NCBI RefSeq assembly: GCF_006345805.1
Contig: NC_042997.1
Span: 209,312,001 to 209,376,000, forward strand
DNA: 64,000 nt
Source of the DNA: Octopus sinensis
Taxonomy: Eukaryota
Direction: 5' to 3'
How positions within the stretch are numbered: the first letter of the stretch is position 1; every line of letters begins with the position of its first letter. Position numbers and translations under genes: made by a program. Below the pieces are notes generated by a model. The model was not told where the DNA came from and did not search any database. It saw only the letters and a program-made list of their open reading frames with translations. This document shows, one piece after another, positions 25,444 through 37,679 of the stretch.

Positions 25444-26567
25444 GTGTCTGTGTTTATCCCCACCTACCATCACTTGACAACCAATAGTGGTGTGTTTACA
25501 TCCCCCATAACTTAGCGGTTCAGCCAAAGGGACCGATAGAATAAGTACTAGGCTTACAAAGAATAAGTCCTGGGATCGATTTGCTCAACTAAAGGTGGTG
25601 CTCCAGCATGGCCACAGTCAAATGACTGAAACAAATAAAAGAATATATACATATATATATATATATACATACACACACACACATAACCACCTTCTGGCAA
25701 CTTCTTCCATTTTATAAGGGTAAATACCTAATCTTTCCCTGCTTTCCTTATAGCTTTACTGTGTTCAAAATTTACTTTCTTGTCTGCAAGATATGTGTAT
25801 GTATGTATATATGTATGTGTGTGCCAGTGGCACATAAAAAGCACCAACCAATCGTAGCTGATGCCAGCCTCCTCTGGCCTCTGTGCAGGTAGCACATAAA
25901 AAGCACCCACTACACTCTCAGAGTGGTTGGCATTAGGAAGGGCATCCAGCTGTAGAAACACTGCCAGATCAGACTGGAGCCTGGTGCAGCTTCCTGGCTT
26001 CCCAGACCCCGGTCAAACCATCCAACCCATGCTAGCATGGAAAATGGACGTTAAATGATGATGATGATGATATAAGTTGAATAGTATAATTTTCATGAAG
26101 CATTGTCTAAGACAGATAAATGTTTTTAATTATGATTTTTTTTAAAGCCAAAACAATGAAATTTATAAAAACAAGACAGGTTCATTGTTTTACATGGAAT
26201 TTCATTATTTCTGGGTTAGGATCCCTTCCTCAGGAAATCTTTGGAGAAAAGTTGGCATTCACTGGCTTCTCTGTCTAGTAATGTGTGTGTGGGTGTGTGT
26301 TTGTCTGTGTGTTTATCGCCTACCACCATATAACCACTGCTGTTAGTTTGTTTACATCCCCTTAACTTTGTGGTTTTGGTAAAAGTATCAGACTTCAAAA
26401 TAAGCACTGAGGTTGATTTCTTTGACTGAACCCCTCCAAGTAATTGCCCCAGCATGACCTCAATACTGACACACATAAAGGATAAAAGAAAACATCATCA
26501 CCATTAACATTGCCATCATCATCATCATTGTTTTCAACATGGAATTATCATTTTTAATTTTATACTC

Positions 26568-26609
<42 letters not shown>

Positions 26610-26977
26610 GTACTAGTACTACTACTGCACACCCTGTCCTCCCCCAACTGTTCCTCCAAAATTTTGCTGACAATATAGAACAGGAAATAGCCTTATATAA
26701 CACACTTCCTTTGAGGATGGACCATCTGTAGTAATTCTTTCATTTGGGATTGACTGTCTTCTTTGCACACTCACATGTGTACGTCTGTATATATATATAT
26801 ATATATGCACGCATATATATTCCTTGATGGTTGTTTTTATGTTGAATTCTAAGAAAAACAATTCCACATCAAGCTGAAGAATTACTTCATACACTTTTGT
26901 AAAGTACATACTTCTAATACTTTTGCAAAAAGAGTGGTTACAGACACTTCAAAGTTTTGGCCTGCTGGCATTCATCA

Positions 26978-27017
<40 letters not shown>

Positions 27018-27028
27018 ATTCACATCAA

Positions 27029-27355
27029 ATGTAGGATAAAATTTTTTCGGAAAAAAAAAAATTTTATCAATGGCCAGCATATTAAAAAATAACTTTAAAG
27101 GTTAAATTTATAAACAACTTATAAATAAGGGCAAACGAAAAACATTTCTAATGCCAAATATGCCATTTATCACTGACGAAGGGAGGGTTCTTATGGACTA
27201 ACACTGAAATCGGTCCGATATGGTAATAATGAAATTTTTTAGAAATTTCTGTCGAGTAGCTTATTTGTGATAAATTATATGGTTATGGACAATGTGTCCA
27301 GTTTCGGCATATTTGGCATTAGAAACTTTTTTCACTTGCCCTTATTTATAAGTTG
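27029..27355. mobile_element. PLE-like family E: inverted 3' segment fused to a forward HHR-containing copy
   Basis: 27029-27164 is the reverse complement of the family 3' end (compare 1045-1180), and 27165-27355 is a forward copy. Both flanks are (TA)/(TC)n. Confidence 0.75.
27167..27226 (+). ncRNA. Hammerhead ribozyme motif (type I, family E)
   Basis: ttatca-CTGACGA-agggagggttc-ttat-ggactaacact-GAAA-tcggtccga-TA-tggtaa. Stem I is ttatca/tggtaa and the predicted site is AUA. Confidence 0.7.
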
Positions 27356-27492
27356 TATATATATATATATACAACAGCCACACAAACACATACACGAACT
27401 TCTTTCAGTTTCCGTCTACCAAATCCACTCACAAGGCTTCGGTCGGCTTGTGGCTATAGTAGAAGACACTGGCCCAAGGTGCCATACATATA

Positions 27493-27530
<38 letters not shown>

Positions 27531-27601
27531 ATATATATATATATATATACATACATATATATATACATACATATATGTACATACATCTATATATATATAA
27601 C

Positions 27602-27634
<33 letters not shown>

Positions 27635-28584
27635 TGTACATACATATATTATATATATATATATACTATATATATATATATATATGCATATGTAGGCACA
27701 GGACATCATGAAAATGGATAACAAAAAAAGCACGAAGTACAAGTACATGGAACATGAACTATTCTTTTGAACAATGAAAGACACAAATGGAAAACATAAA
27801 TAACGACCCTTCATCAGTTGTTGGCTGTTTTTCTAGTCTCGTATTTCAAGCATTTAACAACAATATTTGCTTTCGATAAAACAGTTGCTCACACAAAGCA
27901 AATTAAATAAAATTTGGGATTTTGCGGAGGGTCAAAATTGGTAACACAAACAGGACAGTGAAAACTGCTAAGCCTAAATGAGTTTGTGGTGGCAAATGTG
28001 TAAATCAAGTTAGGACAGGAGACAAACAAGAACACGTCTTCCTTGTTCCAGCTACAACGGAGAGAAAGAATGAAAGATGGCCAATGGTCACATGGGAACC
28101 ACATGAGCAAGGGAGGAGTGAGGGAGAGAGAGTGACAGAGCAATAAGATAGAATAGTGGGAGAAGAGGAGGTAAAAGAATAAGAGAGAAGGAGAGAGAAA
28201 AATGAAAGAGTAAAAAATCGTATAGCCATGCTGGAGCACCATCTTTAGTTGAACAAATTGACCTAGGACTTATTCTTTGTAAGCCAAGTACTTATTCTAT
28301 TGGTCCCTTTTGCTGAACCGCTAAATTATGGGGACGTAAACACGCCAACATCAATTGTCAAGCAATGGGGGAGTGGGGGACAAACACAGCCACGCAAAAA
28401 CATACACGACGGACTTCTTTCAGTTTCCGTCTACCAAATCCACTCACAAGGCTTCGGTCGGCTTGTGGCTATAGTAGAAGACACTGGCCCAAGGTGCCAT
28501 GCAGTGGGATTGAACATGGGACCATGTGGCTGGTAAGCAAGTGACTTACCACACAGCCACTCCTGCGCCTACAAAATAAATGCT

Positions 28585-28678
28585 TCCCTCACAGGGGGAT
28601 TTGAACCCACCACTCTCAGATGACTCTGTGAAGATTCAGTCATAGAAATCTGATGCTCTACTGACTGAGCTACACATC
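28585..28678 (-). pseudogene. tRNA-like sequence (Lys-type body, TCT anticodon, 21-nt insert at the intron position)
   Basis: GTAGCTCAGTCAGTAGAGCATCAGATTTCTA-[tgactgaatcttcacagagtc]-ATCTGAGAGTGGTGGGTTCAAATCCCCC. The acceptor stem does not pair. Confidence 0.6.
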
Positions 28679-28879
28679 ACTAATGAGTGAAAAATATGTA
28701 AACACATGAGAGATTAGTACAAGACAAAATACGAAGGGAAGATAACTCCTCGTGTGTTTAGGAATTTCTCACTCGTTGCTGATGTCCTGTACTTAATGTG
28801 TACTTTTTTATTTATTTATAATTGAACGCCATGCAGCCTTATCCAAAGTAAGTTCTTATACATCATTTGTCCCTAATCA

Positions 28880-29302
28880 AATCAAATTACAATCAAATGG
28901 AAATTGTAGTTGTGACCCCTGTGCCGGTGACATATAAAAAGCACCATCCGAACATGGCTGATGCTACTGCTGCCTCGACTGGCTTCTGTGCCAGTGGCAC
29001 AGAAAAAGCACTATCCGAGCGTGGCCGATGGTAGTACCGCCTTGACTGGCTTCCATGCTGGTGGCACATAAAAAGCACCATCTGATCATGGCCGATGCCA
29101 GCTCCCCTGGCCCCTGTGCCGGTGGCATGTAAAAAGCACCCACTACACTCACAGAGTGGTTGGCGTTAGGAAGGGCATCCAGCTGTAGAAAGCTTGCCAG
29201 ATCAGACTGGGGCCTGGTGCAGCCTCCTGTCTCCCCAGACCCCAGTCAAACCATCCAACCCATGCCAGCATGGAAAACGGACGTCAAACGATGATGATGA
29301 TG
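28880..29302 (+). mobile_element. Family A retroposon with four internal subrepeats of about 60-70 bp
   Basis: Repeated GCC.GTGGCAC.TAAAAAGCACC units precede the conserved core and (GAT)n tail. Confidence 0.8.
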
Positions 29303-29474
29303 TTGCAGCTTATGCAAAATGATGAAATGGATGCTAATTTACATGAGAAAAGTATAGCATAGTTGTGTGGTAAGAAGTCTGCTTCCTAACCACATGGTTT
29401 CAGGTTCAGTCTTACTGCATGGCACCTTGGGTAAGTGTCTTCTATAGCCTCAGGCCAACCAAAGCCTTGTGAAC

Positions 29475-29802
29475 AACAATGGTTTATACCAAAAGTTGAT
29501 GAATCAGGGAGGAGATTCGGTTTCAACAAGATGGAGCTGTGGCTCATTATGCTCTCTCTCTGCAAGATTATCTTAACGACACTTCTCCAGAAGGTCTACA
29601 AATCTAATGGAGGTCACAAAAGACATTTTAAGATCCACAAAAATCACAACTTAACTGCAGCTCTTGGTGGTCCAAATTGGATGTGCAATCTATGTGGGCA
29701 TCTCTTGAAAACATTGGTTTAAAAAGCCACATCAGAGACCATGATGGTTTTAGGTGTAGGTACAGGAGGTAGTCGAACACTGCATAAAGAGTAGACAACC
29801 AC
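29475..29802 (+). mobile_element. Tc1-like transposase fragment joined to a zinc-finger 3' LINE fragment
   Basis: RFQQDGAVAHY...LQDYLNDT, then KSNGGHKRHFKIH...CNLCGHLLKTL. Short and degenerate. Confidence 0.4.
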
Positions 29803-29824
29803 CATATATATATATAATTAATGT

Positions 29825-30028
29825 AACCACATGTGAATCGTTAGCAATTTTTTTTCCCTCCATCTTCCTTTTCTATTGGACTTTCTTCTGTTTCTGAAGA
29901 AGAGCTTTGCTCAAAACGTTAAGCCATCTTTCTTTCCTTCCCTGAGCATCTGCTAATAATTTACATGTACTACGTCCTTGCGTTGTTGTTTTTTTTGTGT
30001 TTGTTCTTCGTTTTTGGGGATTTACTAT
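29825..30028 (+). mobile_element. PLE-like family F with degenerate HHR (29890-29924)
   Basis: Homologous to 50490-50692. gttt-CTGAAGA-a-gagc-ttt-gctc-AAAACGTT-aagc, flanked by (TA)n. Confidence 0.65.
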
Positions 30029-30235
30029 TATATATATATATATATATAATATATATATATATATAATATATATATATATATGTATAAGTTATATGATGTA
30101 TACAAATATGTAATATACAAATATCTGTAAATATAAAACCATCCGAATTTCTGAGCACCTCATTTCTTCTAATATAAAATACCTGTACATCATCTCCAAA
30201 CCTTCTAATATATATATATATGTGTGTGTGTGTGT

Positions 30236-30269
<34 letters not shown>

Positions 30270-31539
30270 TATGTATGTATGTATGCATGTATGTATGTAT
30301 ATATATTCAAATTCAATGAGTGGAACAGGTAAAATGCATACTACATATGTTTCTTAGCTAGCTGAAGTTCTTGCTGTAACAGTTGTTTTTATTCACATTT
30401 GCAGCACCCGTTAGTTACTAACTCTGAGCCACAGGGAAACTATCAGCTTTTGGATTTCCTTGCGACTTCAATATAGGAAAAAAAAAGGGTGTAACGTTTG
30501 ATGCCAAATATTTGTAATTGCTTCTCATTGTATTCTGTCCACCTTTTGGTCTCTGTACCTGCCACTCACTTCTTGAAGCTTACCAACTTCCTACACTCAG
30601 ATCCCTGGATCATATTTTTATATGTGTTTGTGTGTGTGCATGAATGTGTGTGTGAGTGTGCATGCATGTGTGTGTGTGTGTGTGTTTGTCCCCTGCCACC
30701 ACTTGTCAACCAGTGTTGGTATGTTTACATCCCCGTAACTTAGCAGTTCAGCAAAAGAGACCAATAAAATGAGTACCATGCTTAAAATATAATAAATACT
30801 GAGGTTGATACGTTCAACTAAAATTCTTCAAGGCAGTGCTCCAGCATGGCTGCAGTCCAATGACTGCAGCAAGTAAAAGATAAAAAATGAAATTCAGTAA
30901 AACAATATTCAAAAACCAGTTTATGTGGAGGGGCGAGGTGGGATTGCATCACTGTTTCAGCATTCAAGATTGTGGTCAGCTGTGGTCAGCTGTGGTCAGG
31001 GTTACATGCCTGTGTGGTGACAGGAGGCATGAGTAAGGAGGAGGCGATTGGTCACTGTTGGTATGGAAGCAGTGTGTCCATTTACACACGCGTGTGTGTG
31101 TGTGTGTGTTGATGTGTGTATATAGAGATCACCTTATAGGGCAAGGGAGTTATGTAATCAAATTTGGTATGTACAGACTGGGGGGGGGGGAAGAGCACAT
31201 ACACATTGACATACCCGTGTGTGTGTGTGCGTGTGTGAGTGTAAATATGCGTTTGTGTGTGTGTGTGTACAGACATATATATATATATATGTGTATATAT
31301 ATATAGATGTCAATGTGAACGTGCATGTCTGTGTGTGTGTTTGTATAACTATGTGTGTGAAGTAAGGGGGGGGGGAGAAGGAGATGAATAAGGATTGGTG
31401 GTGGGTGGGTGGGAGAGGGGAGGTCAGAGGCAGACAGGTTAATTAAACAGGTGACGTGTGTGTGTGTGTGTGTGTGAGTTTAGGAAAAAAGACCAAGCTG
31501 GTCAGTTGAGTGTCCAAAATTATGTGTGGGAGGAGAATG

Positions 31540-32248
31540 GTGTGTGTGTGTATGCATGTATGTATGTGTAGGTGTATATGTGGGTATGTATGCATGTATG
31601 TATGTATGTGTATGTATAAATAGGTGTATATGCATGTATGTTCGTATAAGTTGGTTTATATGTGTGTATGTATGTATGTATGTATGTATGCATGTATGAA
31701 TGTATGTATGTATGTATGTGTGTGTGTATGTATGTATGTATGTATGTGTGTGTGTATGTATGTATGTATGTATGTATGTATGTGTGTGTATGTATGTATG
31801 TATGTATGTATGTATGTGTGTGTGTGTATGTATGTTTGTATGTATGTATGTATGTTTGTATGTATGTATGTATGTATGTATTTGTGTATGTATGTATGTA
31901 TGTATGTATGTATGTATTTGTGTATGTATGTATGTGTGTATGTATGTATGTATATGTATTTGTGTATGTATGTATGTATGTATGTATGTATGCGTGTATG
32001 TATGTATGTATGTATGTATGTAGTATGTATGTATTTGTGTATGTATGTATGTAGTATGTATGTATGTATGCGTGTATGTATGTATGTATGTATGTATGTA
32101 TGTATGTATGTATGTATTTGTGTATGTATGTATGTATGTATGTATGTATGTATGTATGTGTGTGTGTGTTGTGTGTGTATGTATGTATGTATGTATGTAT
32201 GTATGTATGTATGTATGTGTTGTGTGTATGTATGTATGTATGTATGTA

Positions 32249-32283
<35 letters not shown>
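31540..32283. repeat. (TATG)n/(TG)n array
   Basis: Visible directly. Confidence 0.95.
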
Positions 32284-32284
<1 letters not shown>

Positions 32285-32369
32285 AGTATGTACATTTTAT
32301 AGCAGAGCATAGAGTCAACAGTATGTCGATAGAGGGAAGTAGTTTTGTGTGTGAGAGAGTGTATATGGG

Positions 32370-32407
<38 letters not shown>

Positions 32408-33537
32408 TGCATATATGTATACGTGTGCATGTGTGTTCGTATGTGTATGTGTGTGGTAGAGAGAGACTGGATTGGGGTGGGGCATTGTGTCTGAAATAAA
32501 AAAAAAGCGAAATTACTATTTTTCGTATCAATATTGAATTATGCTAATATAACCCAGTTATGACCATCCCGCCTTGTGCTCGAATATTACGTATCTAGGA
32601 CATTATACAAATAGTCTCATCTAGGGCGGAAGGCGGGAAATCTGGAGGAGATTTGTTTGCTATTTCTAGCATGTCAACAAACTCTGTAGCTTTTCCTCTC
32701 TGTTGACTTTTGCCATAGGTGAGATGTGACATAAAAGGGTTTTTGGGCAAGCTGAGAGGTAAATGAGGTGAAAGGTCAGCAGAGGTCAGGTCACCCTAAC
32801 ATTTAGTTTTCCTTTGTGTTGTTGTTAGTTCCAGAAACATTCTTCAATACCAATATCTTTAATTACAGATATTTGTATGTGAAGGAGAGAGAGAGAGAGA
32901 CAGGGAGAGAGAGAGAGAGGGAGAGAGAGAGAATGGTGGTGGTAGTGGTGGTGGTGGTGGTTGAGGAGGCGGGAAAACTATCTCACACACACATACACAC
33001 TTATGCACATATAGACAAACACACCTAGTTTAAACATGGTTCCACATGAAAAACCACCTCCAGAATTCGCTCACTGCTTCTGTCCTTCGCTCTACACTCC
33101 CCCCCCTTACTATACCACCACCACCACCACCACCACCACCTCCTTCGCCGACACATCTCCACCCCACCCCCTCCCACCTTCGACACATCCTTCAAACACA
33201 CACACACAAACCTCCCCCCACACACACTCCCTAACATCCCACTCCCCCCCACCACCAACTCCCTCTCTTCATTCATCCACAACAAATTCTTATCACGTTT
33301 ATTGTTCCGGACAGTCCTACCGACTCATTTGCTCAAACACACGCATTCCCCCTCTCTCTCTGTTTCTCATTCTCTCACACTCTCTCAAACATACACACAC
33401 ACACACTCACGCACGCGCACATACACTCCTGCACGCACACACACACACACACTTCTATATAATTCAATATTCCTGTACCAGTCATAACAGATGTCATCCA
33501 TTTTTCTTTCCCTTACATTTTAATGCATTAACCTTGT

Positions 33538-33915
33538 GGAGGCACAATGGCCCAGTGGTTAGGGCTGTTGACTCGCGGTCATGCGATCGCAGTTTCGATT
33601 CCCAGACCGGGCGTTATATATGTTTATTGAGTGAAAACACCTAAAGTTCCATGGGGCTCCTGGTGGCCAACCCTGCTGTACTCTTTCACCACCGTTTTCT
33701 CTCACTCTTTCTTCCTATTTCTGTTGTACCTGTATTTCAAAGGGGCCAGCCTTGTCACACTCTGTGTCACGCTGAATCTCCCCTGAGAACTACATTAAGG
33801 GTACACACGTGTCTGTGGAGTGCTCAGCCACTTACACGTTAATTTCATGAGCAGGCTGTTCCGTTGATATTGATCGGATCAACTGGAACCCTCGTCGTCG
33901 TAACCGACGGAGTGC
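33538..33915 (+). mobile_element. tRNA-derived SINE (family D', shares its 3' tail with family D)
   Basis: A box TGGCCCAGTGG, B box GTTTCGATTCCC. The 3' ~190 bp is homologous to 35848-36030(-). Confidence 0.75.
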
Positions 33916-34137
33916 TACCAATGTAGTTTCACATTTTAAGACGGTAGATCAGTAACGTGTCTAACGACGGGGCCCAATTCGCTTTGGGCATTGGCTCCTG
34001 AACAGGGGTTGTAGGGGGTTTGAGCATGTCTCCTAAAGATTTTGGAGGGCAATGAAAATGCTTTGAACATCCTCCTGAATAAAATCCATCTCCAAAACGA
34101 ATGAGCGTAGAAACATTGTTGGACTTTGAGAATTTAG

Positions 34138-34235
34138 AATCTTGGGGTTAGTAGCCCACGCTCGGGCTCGGGCTACTAACCTCAAGATTCCGAGTTCGAT
34201 TCCAGGCAGTGACCTGAATAATAATAATAACTTCG
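34138..34235. mobile_element. Family G head fragments in inverted arrangement
   Basis: AATCTTGGGGTTAGTAGCCC (minus-strand head) followed by GGGCTACTAACCTCAAGATTCCGAGTTCGATTCCAGGCAGTGACCTG(AAT)n. Confidence 0.75.
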
Positions 34236-34457
34236 AGAAATTACTTCTGCATTATTAGATGTATTTGATTTGATTAGTTTCTTCTTGGTAGCGCCATTGC
34301 GGTCATGTCCGCAAGGTGTGGCTGAGTACACCAGTTGTTCAGGGGTGCGCTCCCCCCACTTTATTTCTTTGTTTCCTTGTAATTAAATTCTGAATTAGTC
34401 TTTATGTAAATAAAATATTGTTTGTATATAGAGATTATCAGTATAATAATAATAATA

Positions 34458-34500
<43 letters not shown>

Positions 34501-34502
<2 letters not shown>

Positions 34503-35218
34503 TTCAGACAAAAATATTCAGAAAAAAAATATTCAGACAAATACATAACAAAAGCACCAGGACTTACAAACACATATTACATACAGAAAATTGCACTACT
34601 AGGCACTGCACACATCCTACGCAGAACACTTTCCATACAATAACCATCAGAGCATCACAACAAATCACACCACATACCCAAGGCACACAGAGCTGCGCTC
34701 GGTAGTGAAGTGAAAGCACGCTATAAAAATAAAACTACTGAATAATAATAATAATAATAATCTGGGATATGCCAATACACACAGATAGAGAAATTAAGGC
34801 CAACAGACCAGATATAGTTGTCAAAGATCATGAAGGAAAAAAAAATGCTTTCTAATTGATGTATCAATACCGGCAGATGACAACGTGTCTCTAAAAGAAA
34901 TGGAGAAACTCTCAAAATACAAAGACCTGGAAATAGAGGTAACTAGAATGTGGAATCTGAAAACAGAAACAATTCCTATCATAGTAGGTGCATTAGGCAT
35001 GATAAAAAAATATTCAGACAAATACATAACAAAAACACCAGGACTTACAAACACATATAACATACAGAAAATTGCACTACTAGGCACTGCACACATCCTA
35101 CGCAGAACACTTTCCATACAATAACCATCAGAGCATCACAACAAATCACAGCACATACCCAAGGCACACAGAGCTGCGCTCGGTAGTGAAGTGAAAGCAC
35201 GCTATAAAAATAAAACTA

Positions 35219-35221
<3 letters not shown>
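34501..35221 (+). mobile_element. Two tandem 5'-truncated R4/Dong-like copies in (TAA)n
   Basis: 34761-35221 encodes WDMPIHTDREIKANRPDIVVKD...LIDVSIP...KYKDLEIE...IIVGALG...LRRTL (one frameshift). 34501-34740 is a shorter copy with the same 3' end. Each is bounded by (TAA)n. Confidence 0.9.
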
Positions 35222-35286
<65 letters not shown>

Positions 35287-35765
35287 CAACAACAACAAAA
35301 AGAAGAAGACCAACAGCAACAACAACAACAGCACTCAGAGAGAGCAAACCTCTGCCAAGGCAACACCAATGTCCTCTCAACGATTAGCCAGAGATGATTT
35401 TTAAAATGAGAATATCTGAAATAAACTCGACTGCTCTTGCAAAAGAGAATACTAAAAATGAACCTGACCACCCTCAGAAATTAAATAAAGAAGATGGGGA
35501 AATAATCCCGAATCGTTGTCTAATCAGTTCGTGCCAGTCACAAGGTCAAACATCCCTGAAAGTTTCATTCAAATCCATCCAGCGGAAGAAAGAGCGAGAG
35601 AAAGCGGTAGGTGTGGCTTTGTGGTAAGAAGCTTGCTTCCCAACCACTTGGTTCCGGGTTCAGTCCCACTGCATGACACCTTGGACAAGTATCTTCTACT
35701 ATAGCCTCGGGCCGACCAAAGCCTTGTGAGTGGATTTGGTAGATGGAAACTGAAAGAATCCCATT

Positions 35766-35840
<75 letters not shown>

Positions 35841-35847
35841 ATTAAAG

Positions 35848-36162
35848 ACTCCGCCGGTTACGACGACGAGGGTCCCAGCTGATACGATCAACGGAACATT
35901 TTGCTCGTGAAATTAACGTGCAAGTGGCTGAGCATTCCACAGACACGTGTACCCTTAACGTAGTTCTCGGGGATAATCAGCGTGACACAGAGAGTGACAA
36001 GGCTGACCCTTTGAAATACAAGTACAACTCATTTTTGCCAGCTGAGTGGACTGGAGCAACGTGAAATAAAGTGTCTTGCTCAAGGACACAACGCGTCGCC
36101 GGGAATCGAACTCACAACCTTACGATCATGAGCCGAATGCCCTAACCACTAAGCCACGCGCC
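35848..36162 (-). mobile_element. tRNA-derived SINE family D (V-domain-like)
   Basis: A box TGGCTTAGTGG, B box GAGTTCGATTCCC, then GTGTCCTTGAGCAAGACACTT. Inserted in (TA)n. Confidence 0.75.
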
Positions 36163-37400
36163 CTCACATATATATATAGGCACAGGAGTGGCTGTATGTT
36201 AAGTAGCTTGTTTCCCAACCACATGGTTCCAGGTTCAGTCCCACTGTGTGGAACCATGGGCAGGTGTCTTCTACTACAGTCTCAGGCCGACCAAAGCCCC
36301 CCCCCCATCGCTTGACAACTGATGTTGGTGTGTTTACGCCCCCATAACATCGCGGTTACTAGGCTTACAAAGATTAAGTCCTGGGGTCGATTCATTCGAC
36401 TAAAAATTCTTCAAGGTGGTACCCCAGCATGGCCGCAAGCAAAAGATTAAAAAAATAAAAAGGTCTACACACACAACTTGAGAACAGCCAGTGAAGAACG
36501 TCTGACTAAGCATCACCACTTAGCTGCTATTTCTCGGAGGTCGAGCAGTCACCTAGGGGAGGGTGGGGCTCCCTCAAAGCTAAGGGTGGTAGTATGAGGA
36601 GAATGTCAGGGAATAAAGCATTGAATTGTCTGTTTCGGTTCTGTTTCGAGACTTACAGAACAGGGCGGGTCATTTAGTTAGAATCAGCAGAGAAAATATT
36701 TGTGTTACACTAAACGGAACAGAAATTATTCCAACATTCTCAACAGATTCCAAGAATGCTGTCATTATTTTTTAACCAAAATATTAATTCTCTTTCCAAC
36801 ATTACATTCCTCTAACGTAGCCATATTGGATTCCTTCATGTCTAAAATGTTTTCTTAACAAATTCTAAATAATTTTAGACTGGATATTGTTATTGTTGTT
36901 GTTGTTTATTTAACCCTAGGTCAGAGCTCATGGAACAAATCCCTCATAGGCAGGGGACAATATATCTAAGGCTACGCTGTCCAATGTGTCTTTATTTAAA
37001 ACAGAATGTGACAAGATTATCTTTTACTGCTATTTCTAGCAGTTTGAATGAGCACATAGAGGTTCCTTTGTTAGTTGTGAATCAATCGAAACATCTTTCC
37101 TGTATTTTTGAATGTTCTCTGGTGTGGTGTGTTGATAATGTGCCACATTTCTCCCCATTTTCACTCCGTCAGTTACGATGTGGATTCAAATAAAAGGCAC
37201 ACACAACAAACACTCTTTCTTCCAACAGTCAACACCATCCGTCCATCCATACATAGAGCCCCGCGACACGTAACACACTGCCTAAATACCAATCTTGAGA
37301 AATGAGGCTTCTCTAAAACCAGAAAGGAGAAAGCTACTTCGCAAACTACAGATCTAATCTGTCACTGGAACTATAAAAATCTATAAAACTTTCTAGAAAA

Positions 37401-37679
37401 TACAGTTCTATATTTAAAAGATGAGGAATTATTTACATTATTTACATTCGACGGATATTTGTCCTCATCTTGTTTCTTGTTAACACAACGTTTCGGCTGA
37501 TGTACCCTCCAGCCTTCATCAGGTGTCTTGGGGAAATTTCCAACCTGGGTTCTCATTCCTAAGCTATTTTTTGATGTTGTTGTTGTTATTATTATTGTTA
37601 TTGTTAGGTCGCTGCTTAGAATCGAACTCGGAATCTTGGGGTTAGTAGCCCGCGCTCTTAACCCTTACATCATATGCCC
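37401..37679 (-). mobile_element. Family G, copy 2 (tRNA head plus intact HHR)
   Basis: Colinear with 23796-24139 and has B box GAGTTCGATTC. Immediately followed head-to-head by an internally deleted forward copy at 37683-37773. Confidence 0.85.
37482..37527 (-). ncRNA. Hammerhead ribozyme (minimal type I, intact core)
   Basis: gacac-CTGATGA-a-ggctg-gagggtacat-cagcc-GAAACGTT-gtgtt, with palindromic ACGT stem III. Confidence 0.8.

Noticed and set aside
27780-27850. CTGATGAAGGG on the minus strand in a repeat-like segment
   Set aside because: No matching stem II closure or GAAA could be placed, so it is not called a ribozyme.
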